From: Lytechinus pictus
Taxonomy: Eukaryota
Direction of reading: 5' to 3'
DNA length: 64,000 nucleotides
Assembly (NCBI RefSeq): GCF_037042905.1
Contig: NC_087257.1
Span: 13,764,001 to 13,828,000, forward strand
Below, piece after piece: positions 1-12,023 of the stretch (within the stretch, counting starts at the first letter, position 1; each line of letters starts with the position of its first letter). The notes beneath the pieces were generated by a model, which made no database searches, was not told the origin of the DNA, and saw only the letters and a program-made list of their open reading frames with translations. The position numbers were made by a program, and so were the translations under genes.

Positions 1-65
1 ATTACAGGTGTTCTCGAGACTCTGTTGCAGGAACTTCTTTTATTTTCAGGATAAATTTTCTAACA

Positions 66-66
<1 letters not shown>

Positions 67-127
<61 letters not shown>
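67..127. repeat. (TA)n microsatellite; others at 2409-2451, 16690-16745, 17812-17858, 18001-18030, 27049-27070 and 30496-30538
   Basis: Seen directly; these tracts generate the YIYIYI pseudo-ORFs in the ORF track. Confidence 0.98.
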
Positions 128-129
<2 letters not shown>

Positions 130-639
130 TGTATATAGATATAATATCTTGCTTTATCAAATATTAGGTTAGGGGAAATATTAAGCCATCTTTATTTTGC
201 TTCTCAAGTTCTGAGATTTAGGTAGATTTTCAGAAATAATTTAGTGTATAATAAACATGCCTTTCAGTGAATCTACTTTTCTCTGCGTCTTTATGTCCAG
301 ACTGGCGAAATAAAGAACGAAGCTCGAGACTGCTTGGGTCTGGTGGTCGATGATGACGGTTCATTCACTCTCAGTGTACATGGCTGCGATGGACGAGCCA
401 GTCAACGATCATGGCAGTTCAACATGAAAGAATGGGACTTCAAGAAACACTTGCGATGACGAAAACTGAAGACGATGGTGCAACGGCAAGATAACCATGA
501 AATATGAGTTTTATCTCGAGTGGGCGGCCATCCACGAACTTTCGCGGATTTTTCGCCATTGAAAGCCGATTAGCGCTTCGCGTTTGTGATACAGCATGGC
601 GACTGAATGTTATAAACATAATTTCACCCCCACATATTA

Positions 640-700
640 GGGAAGCCGTGGTCTCGATTCCCTGGCCGAGTTATACCAAAGACTTTAAATGTAATAATTG
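640..700 (+). mobile_element. tRNA-derived SINE fragment
   Basis: B-box-like GGTCTCGATTCCCTGGCCGAG followed by TTATACCAAAGACTTTAAA; no intact cloverleaf. Confidence 0.4.
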
Positions 701-1626
701 GCCATTTAGCCTTCAATCTTCACTGTAGACCATGCAGTCGGCAGGAAATAGAGATGGAAATAATACGATAATGATATCCAGGGCATGCGAGATACAGCTG
801 CACAAGATTTAGTAGCTATTGTGGTTGCATAAGAATCTTTATCATTGTTGTAATTATCATGATAGTAATTATTCTCGCATCCTATCAAGGGTAGCTCTCA
901 AGAATTATACTCGAGCTCATTGCGGAGGTTACGCCAGAGCTGTAACCAGGTTGCGGCGACGAGCAATTTGAAGGATTTGAACAAGACTAAATATCATATT
1001 TATCACGTTTGAGAATCGGAGGTTATGTAAGCGCGTCGCGTATAAAGTGCTCGTGCCTACCGGAAAATATGTACATACCTCGATACGCTAATCGCTCCAA
1101 CGGTGTACCCCGGATGGAAATTGAATGACGGATGGATGATTACTTTAGTGCTACTCCTGGGTGATGAGTGGCAAATGCTGATTTGCGACTTGCCAAAAGC
1201 TGCGGGACTCGCTTCAATTGGTATCAAATGCATTATCCATTCCGAATTTAGAAAAGGATGACTTTACTTGCGACACAGATGCTCTATAATAATAGCATAT
1301 TGAAGCATAAAACAATCGCCTGAACATAGAAAACAATGAAATAATTCAAGATTTATTTTTGCACTGTATGCATGGTATGAACTCATGAAATGTGCCTTTT
1401 CTTGACATTTAAAAATATCATTTGCTCTTTTGTGTTTGTCAGATTGTAACAATTGTTGTTTTGACATGTATGAGAAGCAGATGATATTGTAACAATTGTT
1501 GTTATGAGAAACAAATAAGAACGGATTGACTATTATATGCCCTTTTCCTCAAGATATACAATATTTTTTATGCAATTAATAAATCTTACGCCTAGTACTC
1601 TCAAGTGGAAATCAATGAAAATCTTA

Positions 1627-2157
1627 AAGACCAAGGCCACCCCTACTAAAAGTTGATTTGAATAAATAGACACCACAACAATGGTGATTTCATCAAGATC
1701 GGATGTGAAATAGGAAAGATATGACAAATTAGATTTCTCGCAAATTTACGCAAAACAGTTTATGGACAACGTTGTGGTATGCATATTATGTCGCACACTA
1801 ATTATTTTGTATAGGAGAATATTTAAATGTTTGGATATTGGACGATAAGGAAGCTCTATATTTACTTTAATATTCATAATCATAATTATTTAGGGAGGGT
1901 CAAACTTTGATTTACCTTATAATGAGGTAACACTGGTATGTAATACAAAACATACAAAGATACAAAAAGTAGTGGTGACGTCAAAGGTTGTCCCCATTTT
2001 CATTTTACCGACAAAGGTGTATGTTAGTGTTTTGTGAATTAAACCATTTTTTTTTAAATGTCAAAACTTACATCTGATTTTGATGAATTGTTCAGAATTG
2101 CGCTCGCTTTTCTCTTTATGTATTCAAACCACTTTTATAATTATAGGTGGACTTGGA
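1627..2157. mobile_element. Old, degenerate copy of the Kolobok-type element
   Basis: TTAAAGACCAAGGCCACCCC...AAGTTGATTTGAATAAA...GGTGGACTTG, weakly collinear with 5307-5907. Confidence 0.55.
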
Positions 2158-2407
2158 ATCTATACATATATTATTCATTCGTGTTGTTGTTGTAGTTGTA
2201 CATAACGTGATGGTTAATTTATATCTTCACGAAGAAATGACATTCCTTTCCCATGTTAGTATGTGTGTGTATACTGTTTATAATGTAATTATAATTAGAT
2301 TTAGAGATATCAAAACTCTCCCTGATTTATTTGCTGTGATAACAAACAGAGAGGGGATATGGGTGGCAAGATATTTTATTATTGTATCGTCCGAAACTTC
2401 CTTAAAA

Positions 2408-2453
<46 letters not shown>

Positions 2454-2820
2454 TTCCTCCCATGACAAGGCATTGCATATGGACGTTCTATCTGTAAGAA
2501 AAGGTCTTGCAAAATCAAACATGCCAAAGTACAGCATTTACTATTGGAAAACATTATCTCTTTTAATGGTGCCATTGAATGTATTATTTCTCGATGGGTT
2601 TGTATCGATATGGTCTGCTAAGACTGCTACCCATTTAGCCTCATGGTTTGGTCCAGATATCGTCTAATATTCACTTTGTCTACTTATCATTTTCCAAAGT
2701 GGATGCAGACCAAATGGCTATTTAATTTTCAATGGTAGTCATTTCATGTCAAAGGATTGATTCGGTGTTTAGGTACATGTACGAGATCCGAGTTTGCATT
2801 TGATCTATGTTCAGTTCCTG

Positions 2821-3045
2821 CACTGCAAAAACTCCGGTGTTGATTTAACACCAGCCCGGAATCTATATATGTCTACACCAGAGAAATACTGAAACAACAC
2901 CAGTTTGGAATCAAACCGATGCTGTTTTAGTACTAATCTGGTGTTAGACCAAAACGAAACTGGTGTTGTTTAACACTTCTCTGTTGTGGACATAATTATA
3001 TAGATTCCGGGCTGGTGTTAAATCAACACCAGAATTTTTGCAGTG
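2821..3045. mobile_element. Fold-back MITE with CACTG termini (CMC/EnSpm-like)
   Basis: ~65-bp TIR CACTGCAAAAACTCCGGTGTTGATTTAACACCAGCCCGGAATCTATAT; 2-bp TSD TG; a decayed relative lies at ~10051-10230. Confidence 0.85.
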
Positions 3046-4778
3046 TGTAAAGTAATTTTATTTCTACTTATGAAGGTACATGTACATCGCTGAATATTAT
3101 GATATCCTTCGATGCAACAGATCGCGCTGTTGATGATTGTGTGTATTCATATGTTTTTAATAAAAGTAAACGAGTAGAAAACGGCGTTTTATGCATTATT
3201 CAGAAATACGAAAATTCTTACATAAAAAATGTTTGGAAAGGATAGCTAGGAAATGTTGAAACTCTTGGTTCAGTGATGATGATAGTGGTGGTGGTGGTGA
3301 TGATGATGAAGTTGATGATGATGACGAAGATAAAGATGAACGTAGTAAAATTGCAAATTACCTGACTGTACTTGTAAAGAAAAAGAAAATCAAACATACG
3401 ATGAAGAACAGTAATCAACATCGCAGAAAGTGATAAATATGCGCAAAAGGACTTTCCGAATCTGTCTGCTATACTCCAATTATTATTTACCTCTATCTAA
3501 ATATATAGTTTCACAATAAAATTAATAATATATATATCACCAAGAGAAAGAGAGAGGGGGTGGGGGAGGGAGAAAGAAAGAAACAACGAGCCAAGAAACC
3601 AAATGGCAAGTTGATCTGAGTAATAAAACTATCAGATTTTCATATTTAGAACTCTCGCTTCCCTCTTAGTCCTCAATCGATAATAAACTTCGAAACTTCC
3701 AATTTAAATTTATTCATAGAAGAATTTCAACACAAGATTTTTTTTTTTAAATTGGAGTAAAATATATTTTTTTTATCTCAAACAATTGCTCATCTATTTC
3801 TTAGATCTGAATATGTAATTCTATTTTGGAACGAAGTTCACGAACGGTTGAAGGCCAAGCAAATTAGAACTACTAAATTCAGAGACATTGAAATTCGTTT
3901 TGGAGTTATAACTCTCAATAACTTTCATCTTACCACTTTGTGTTGCTTGCAAAATATTTCATTTATTTATGTAAATACAACAATATCAAACCCACCTATG
4001 CTCACTCTATGCTTGGGTAGGAAAAATAGAAACAACCGAGAGAATTATTGCTTTTAAACGTAATTCAATGAACGTGTAGCATTACTAGGACAGTACTTGA
4101 ACTGCATGATGATCCTAAGGACTGTTTGAATACATTGAAATTTGTGAGATATTTCCTATTTTGAGCAAGCGCCATGAGCGCCCAGCTGAGGCGGATACCG
4201 GCGCTTCACAAGAACCCATCATCATCATCATCATCAAGTGCATCGAAAAAGTCAAATATTTTGTATAAATAGTGAACTATTTATTTGGATTTGTTTTAAA
4301 ATTTAGGCTTAAAAAAAATTACAACGAATCTATGCTGACTGTGCATGTGATACTTATGCATGGAATCAGTTGAGAAATAAAACAAATCTTGAAAAAAGAT
4401 TTAAAAAAAAAAACAGAGGGGGAGGGGAAAAGGAGAAAGAGAGAGTGATCGGGGGGGGGGGAGATACCATACCATATCGCTGATAATCAATTTTTCCAGT
4501 GACTGGTAACTAGATTTCTTGACCCTTGACTAGCGATGGGTATATTGATAATATGTTAAAAAAGATGGGGTTGCTTGGCAACTAATACACTAGCTCTGCC
4601 CCATTTAGTCAGCCATGCGTAGGTTGTAATGATGTAGTTAGTGACTGGACCTTCAATCTAATTTGGATGGACATCGTGTCTTTTTTTAACAATGTAGGTC
4701 ACTTTTATATACATACTGGGTATTGGTTACTATCTGGTGAATCGTAGTATCAGGGAACTAGCAATAAAGGGGGGGGGG

Positions 4779-4944
4779 CAGTGGCGTACCTAGGATTTTC
4801 GTCAGGGGGGGGGGGCAAAAAGGTCTTTCAAGCTCGTCAGGTGGGGGCAGGGATACATGCATGGGTGGTGGCTTTGAATGGGTGGTGGCTCGTCAGGGGG
4901 GGGGGGCAGACTGCCCCTCTGCCCCCCCCGTAGGTACGCTAGTG
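4779..4944. mobile_element. hAT-like MITE inserted in a poly-G run
   Basis: TIR CAGTGGCGTACCTA / TAGGTACGCTAGTG, with G-runs on both flanks. Confidence 0.7.
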
Positions 4945-5306
4945 GGGGGGGGGGGGTTAAAAAAGAAAGTAGGGTACAAAAAGAAAGGAAGTTTGAGCGA
5001 TATATTAGCTAGCCCTGTTATGAACAATTAACTATTCTCTGATATCATTATGAAAGAGCTTTTACGTGATTAACCAACGCATGGCCCAACCTTCGTCGAT
5101 TTTACTTAAATAGTCCTGATTATTTAATGAATTCACCTCAGACAAATTGAATGTACTATCCGACCCTAAATCACCTATTCTGTAATATTAAATATCAACG
5201 TTTTGTTTTTTCGTTCATTATCATCTTCGTGTGTCATATCCAGCGACGGTGATGTAATACGTTCGTTCAACTCTGCTTCGGACTGTTAGCAATTATCTTT
5301 TTTTAA

Positions 5307-5907
5307 AGGACAAGTCCACCCCAACAAAAAGTTGATTTTAATAAAAAGAGAAAAATACAACAAGCATAACACTAAAGATTTCATCAAAATCGGATGTAGA
5401 ATAAGAAAGTTATGATATTTTAAAGTTTCGCTTAATTTCACAAAACAGTTATATGCACATCCTGGTCGGTATGCAAATGAGGAGACTGATGACGTCATCC
5501 ACTCACTATTTCTTTTGAATTTTATTATATGAAATGTGAAATATTCTAATTTTCTCCTCATTGTCAAGTGAAACAACGATTAATTCCTCCCTGAACATGT
5601 GGAATTAGCATTGTTTAATATTATATGGTTTAGTAAAGTTGGTCCGTATTGTCAAATTTGTAAAAAATGAAATATTGTATAATTCAAACAATAAAAAAAA
5701 AAGAAATAGTGAGTGGTGGACATCATCGACTGACTCATTTGCATGTCACTGAGTTGTGCATATCACTGTTTTGTGAAAAATAAGCGAAACTTTAAATGCC
5801 ATAACTTTCTTATTTTACATCCGGTTTTGATGAAATTTTCAGCATTATGCTAGTTTGATTTTTCTCTATTTATTCATATCAACATTTTTCTGGGGTGAAC
5901 TTGTCCT
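5307..5907. mobile_element. Non-autonomous TTAA-targeting DNA transposon (Kolobok-type)
   Basis: TIR AGGACAAGTCCACCCCA / TGGGGTGAACTTGTCCT with TTAA on both sides. Confidence 0.85.
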
Positions 5908-6742
5908 TTAAAGAGGATTGATACAAATTACTTTATTTCAAATTTGCAGCAGTGTCACAAAGTAAAATCAACAGCACTAGGGATATTGTACAAATACACC
6001 CGTTGAGATTTTCATGACACAACAATTTTAGCTCCGACAATTTTTCGCTCTAAGCTTATCAGATTCAATTTCAATAGCATAAAGTAATTGGTTAAATGGA
6101 AAATGAGTTTCATGAAATGGTTCTATGTTTACTATTATATGTTCCATAGGCGGATACAGCTTTTGGCGAAAGGGGGGGGGGGGGGCGCACTACCGAGCGG
6201 CGCACATATTTCTGCACTTCACCGGCGCCATAAAAGAAAATGTTGAAAAAGGGGTAAAGTCTGACCCTGTCAAATGCTCTTTTCAAAATGTAGGATTTCC
6301 AGTCATGCCATTTTGCATGACCACACGCAGATAATATTACCGGGGGGGGGGGGGGGAAGACTCGAAAATTTGGTGCACATCTCACATTTGCACATTTTTC
6401 ATAGTTTTCATGAAATGTTAAGGAAAAAAATTGTTTTTCACAACAGCAGATCGCGAATGTGCCCCCCCTTCCCCCTTGCTGCGTACGACCATTCCCTGAA
6501 GTCCACTTCATATCTCATTATAACAGAAAATATACATCAATTTAAACATATAATCTTTCTAAAACATATATAGAGAGATTGAAAAACTTATTAAAGAAAG
6601 AAACAAGCAAGAAGTAACACAAAATTCTGCATGTTATGTGCGATTTCAAAATCTCGTGTATTAACCCTTTTATTGCGATGAGGCCAATACTTTTGTATAT
6701 TAATAGAGATACAATTTTTTTTTTACTATATGAATATATACA

Positions 6743-7440
6743 CAGGGGCGTCGATCCTTTTTTTAAGATTTGGGGGGCAAAATCATGAATCAACTTTCCA
6801 AAGGCGCTCGATATCACACAAACAAACAAACTCACACAAACACACATATGCATATATATATATGACTCATGAGATAAAAACACATATCTCACCAACAAAT
6901 TAATGCGAGCGCGAAATTTTTTCGTATACTGACCTGAAAACAGGAAAAGGGTGCCTGTTTAGGATTGTTTGTAGTAACTCATGAGGAGGATACATATCTC
7001 ACTACACAGATAATGCGAGTGAAGAGGGCGAGCTGAAATTTCTTTATATTCTGACCAGAAAGCTTGATATTCTATGCATTTTTGGTACCAATGAGTAAGA
7101 TGGGTATCTAAAAAAAACAATAGATGCGAGCGCGAAGCGCGAGCTTAAAATTTTGATATTTCGATCTGAAAAAAATGACAGTTTAATGGACGTTTGTAAT
7201 AAAGAACAAGATTATATCCAGCAAAAGATTATTGCAAATCGAAGCGGGAGTTCTTTTGACGTTTAGTCCTGAAAAGGGACATTCTATTCACCTAATTTAA
7301 TCATGAAAAGTATGGGGTTTTGCTACAGAAATGATAAGAGCGCGAAGCGCGAGCTGAAAATTTTTATATTCTAATCTGAGAAACGGATAATTTAAGCACG
7401 ATTTTAAATAAAGAACGAGTTGTGTAGCTCAATCTCAATA
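6743..7440. mobile_element. DNA-transposon remnant with ~110-bp hairpin-containing tandem repeats
   Basis: Starts CAGGGGCGTCGATCC; variants of GCGAGCGCGAAGCGCGAGC at 6905, 7015, 7126, ~7239 and 7338. Right end uncertain. Confidence 0.6.
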
Positions 7441-7799
7441 TACGACTGGTTGCGTAATTATACACTCCCGGTACTAGCAACGGGTTTTAGCAAAGTTTTG
7501 GGCTAAAATATCGAATCATCTTCATAAAACACTATATAGAAGCTGTCTTAAACTAAAGGCCATAGAGGTGGCACAATGTGGAATGTGTAAAGAAGAAAAG
7601 TGACTGACCTTCTTTTTATTAAAGCATTGGAAAATAAGATCAAAATTAAAGGATTTGCGCTACGCTTTTGTATGATTCTGGGATTTTTTAAATAAACATC
7701 TGTCATTCTGTGGGCAACTGCCCCGCCCTAGTCCACTCTGTAAGGGCATGCGATAAGCTTTGTTATGACCATTCAACAATAAAATGTATAACCAGCTAG

Positions 7800-8578
7800 G
7801 TGCTGCTGATCATTCTTGACCGGCGCCTATTTATTGGAACCACGGGACGCTGATTATTCTTGACCGGCGCCGATTTAGAACAAGTAGTGCTGATTATTTT
7901 TACCGACGTCACGTAAGATTCAGGCAGCGGCAATTCATAATTGACTGGCGCCGATTTAGAACCAGGAGGCGCCAATTATTCTTGACTGGCGCCGATTTTT
8001 AACCAGGTGGTGCTGATTATTCTTGTCCGGCGCCGATTATGATTTAGGTGGAGCTGATTATCCTTGATCGGCGCCGGTTACGAACTCAGGCAGCGCCGAT
8101 TTTTCTTAACCGGCGCCGATTTATAACCAGATGGCGCCGTTTATTCTTGCCCGGCGCCGATTTAGATTTAGGTGGAGCTGATTATTCTTGATCGGCGCCG
8201 GTTAAGACTCTGGCAGCGCCGATCTATAACCAGATGGCGCTGATTATTCTTGTCCGCGGCCCCGCTGATTATCCTTGATCGGCGCCGGTTAAGAACTCAG
8301 GCAGCGTCGATTTTTTTTTGTACCGGCACCGATTTATAACCATATGGCGCCGATTTTTTTTATCTGGTGCCGATTTAGATTTAGGTGGCGCAGATTATCC
8401 TTGATCGGCGCCGGTTAAGACTCTGGCAGTGCCGATTTTTCTCGACTGGCGCCAAATTATAACCAAATGGCGCTGATTATTCTTGTCCGGCGCCGATTTA
8501 GATTAAGGTGGCGCTGATTATTCTTGATTGGCGCCAGTTATATGCAGGCAGCGCACTGCTGATTATTTTTAGCCGGCG
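7800..8578. repeat. GGCGCC-rich minisatellite, ~41-bp unit with ~122-bp higher-order repeat
   Basis: Recurring GGCGCCGATT / GGCGCTGATTATTCTTGACC cores, about 19 units. Confidence 0.85.
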
Positions 8579-11511
8579 AAGTTGTTGGGAAAAGGGTAGT
8601 TAAAAGAAAAGATAAGGAAGATGATATGATTGTGCTTTGCTGGGGGATAGTCTTTCCTTACTGTTGCTGATATCATATCAGTGTATATTTTTTTTAAGCG
8701 GCGCCTTTTCTTTTCTTTTCTTTCCTTTATTTTTTCAAGCAGCGCCTTTTCTTTCTTTTACTTTTTTTTTTGAGCGGCGCCTTCGGCGCCGCTCAAATAT
8801 TAGGGGGGGGGGGGGGGCGCGCCCCCTGCGCCACCCCCTGGATCCGCCACTGTATGTATTCCTACATACCATTTATTTAATAGGTAATTCTTCGTATCCT
8901 GAAACCATGCCATGAGCTTGTAAGACGTAGCAAACAGTAATGCCAGTACATCATATTCCAAGTAGACCAAAAGCATGTAGCTTGTGCATTATTTAAATGT
9001 TGAATTAATACTCTTTTACTTGGTTCCAATAAAATAAACATAAGAATTATCATTGGTAAGCCGGTCGTCGCCTCCACAGAGCATCACTGCGTTCTTTACC
9101 TCTACGGACGTAATTGTGGCTAAAACCCGTCGCAGATTCGACCGCAGATTCGACGCTTGCGTTAGCAAGGCTGCTTCGATAATATTAACGCACGAACCGC
9201 ATATATTACGTCTGCGTTGAGTTTGCGAAAAAAAATTAAACATTCCATGATACAAATAGTGATTTCAGTTAGTAATGTTATAAGCTACGTAAGTCATTGC
9301 TTCTGATTGGCTCAGAGCAAATCAATATGTGGAAGTCACTTACTAAATGGCTTCATGAAACGCTCCCGAGAATACCAAAATCAATATCGCCAAGAATTTT
9401 TCAATTTGATCATCAAATTATCGATCATGATAATATCAGAAAATTTGATCAGGTGCTCATTCTGTTTCATGTTTCTGTATCTCTGACTCTCACTCCTTCC
9501 TCCCCCTCCGTCTCTTCTTCATCTAACCCCTCTCTTCCTCTATCCGTCTTTCTGTCTCTCTCTCTCCTCCCCATTCTCTCTCTCCCCGTCTCACATTCTC
9601 CGCATGTGCCTACTTCCCCTCCCCCTTTCTATCTCCCCGATATGCTCTCACTCATGTTTACCTCCAGTAATTGATGGGACCAATATATAGGTCTACCATG
9701 ATTGCCTTCTATTCATCACAACTCCTCGATTCAATTATCTGATTATATCAACCATTCCCATTATAATGTTGACATTTGGAGCAGATTGTCTTTGGCAGAA
9801 AATTCCCGATGTTTTGGGAGATACATTTTACTCTCACTGACTAAAGGCAAGTTGGGGGTGTCCTAATCAAATTTTGAAAAACACCTTACCATGCTTACTG
9901 AAATATACAAAAATAAAATAAAAATGAAAAAAAGGTATAAGAAAAAAAAAATAATTTCATCAAAGAGACTGATACGACTCACTCCTAAACATAAAGCAAT
10001 AAATGACCCATAAGCCATAATTATACATTTCAGTAAATATAGACCTACAACACTGTAGAGACATAAGGTGTCAATTTAACACCAGCTCGGGAATACACGA
10101 AAGAAGTGTTGAAACAGCACCAGTTTGGCTTTGAGCTAACACCAGATATAGGCATGTATACAACCTGTGTTAAAATTGCATTGAATTGATTCTAAATTGG
10201 TGCTGATTCAAAACTTCTATGGCATGTCTGGGGTTTCCTTCATTTGCATTATTCCCGCCATTTTTTTTAACCAAACTGAGATAAAGGTCATAACATACTG
10301 CAATTTTGTAACCCTTAATAAATAACTAATTTTGGACTGAAAAAAAAAACGAAGAAGAAAAGTAAACATTGCTGCATTTATTGATTTGTATATCATCAAA
10401 CGCTAAATTACGTGGCACTGGAACTGCTGAATGCAAATAATAGACATGGTTAGAAAGAAAATGAAAAAATAAGTATGAGGGAAAGAAAGGAATGATTGAC
10501 AAAAATGAGGAAAAGGGAGAGAGACACAAAAAAGAGGCGCAAAAAATTATAAAAATGGTCAGATGGTATGATAAATTTTTCATTAATCTAAACTCAGAAA
10601 AAAGTAGCAACATATCTTCATAAATTATGTCCTGTAATCATTATTAATATTATTTCAAAGCAGGTGCAATAGACCGAGGAGCTTCAAACTGTGTTTGAGG
10701 TTCCTTGATTGGACATGACAATTGTGATCAATAGTGGCAAAATGAAATTAAAGCCAATAAATCAGGTCATTATTATTATCTTGATAAACTTCGGCAAATG
10801 TAAATACATGTAAGACGTGTACTACGGATTGAAAAGAAATCAAGCAAATACGTAGACAGAGGAAGAGCGGAAAGAGAGAAAGAGAGGGTGAGAGAGAGAG
10901 AGAGGGAGAGAGCAGAGAGGGATGACAAAATGACCACAATGCATGAAGGGGCATCTGAAATGATTTGTCAATGTCAGTACGTAGAACTACCTCATACATT
11001 AATCATCCCATGCCTTAACTAAGTCATGAAGGGTGTGATGAGGATCGAAGGGGTTACTTTATTCTTTTTCAACGATGCTGCCTCGTGACGCAAAACAGAG
11101 TGCATGCTAACGCAGCAAGGAAAAATTAGAGAACACGGAATTTCGGGTATCACCATTTTCACATCTCACTTAGATGAGTGCAGACGATGTGAAACGGGCG
11201 CCGAATTCGTGTGTGCATTCCACGGTCACGATTGCTGTGTGTAAGCCTACAGGTGTGTGTCGGGTTTCGGGGTAGCGAGGAAGGAGGAGAAAGCGACGAA
11301 TTTGCGAATGTTTGATTTACTTAGGGTAGCATGTTGAGGTCTGTTTACAAAGCACACGCTGAATTTCACGCGTGTAAGCAAGAATATTAAACCACTCTGG
11401 ACATACCCAGATAGCGGAAAGAAGCAGTTGCATATTTTATCCCACAAGGCTGCAGGGAAGCATGCGAGGATAACAGGATACGTTTTATTGTCTTTTGTAT
11501 GTAAATGCAAC

Positions 11512-12023
11512 ATGGACGGCCATGGCGACCATGAAGTGGACATGCCAAACGGAGACGCGACCACGCCGCCAGCTCAGGGGGAGGACAACGGTCAAGCAGC
11601 GGCTGAAGGTGGACTCAATAACCTACCACCAGCTCAAACGGGTCTCGCCTACTACCTCTCCTTCTTCACCGGAAATGTGAAGCCCCTCAGTGACTGGGCC
11701 TATGACAAACCGATACCTGTTCGGTTCCCGATAGCTTGCACTAGAGCCTTAGGACAGCCCCTTTTCGTGAACAACCCGTTCAGCGGACTCCTGATCCTGG
11801 TCGGACTGTTTGTGCAGAGTCCCTGGCGGACTATCTGCGGACTCTTGGCCATGTTGTCGGCCCAGACTACGGGTCTAGTCCTGCATCTAGATCGCGATGG
11901 CTTGGACAACGGAGCGTTCTCGTTTAACGGTCTCTTAGTTGGATATGTGTTGGCATCAAGCTCTGCTGCGGGGGATTGGTATGGGTACCTGGTTTTCCCC
12001 GTGGCCATCTGTGGTATGTTTAG
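11512..12023 (+). CDS. SLC14A: Urea transporter coding exon 1
   Basis: ATG in context CAACATGG at 11512; translation MDGHGDHEVD...FVNNPFSG...PVAICGMF; donor AG|GTAAGC at 12023/12024. Confidence 0.93.

Noticed and set aside
2147-2667. ORFs with YIYIYI runs (also 16561-18092 and 26801-27173)
   Set aside because: Translations of (TA)n microsatellites.
11428-11511. N-terminal extension of the UT ORF given in the track
   Set aside because: It begins at a non-ATG codon; the first in-frame ATG, in good context, is at 11512.
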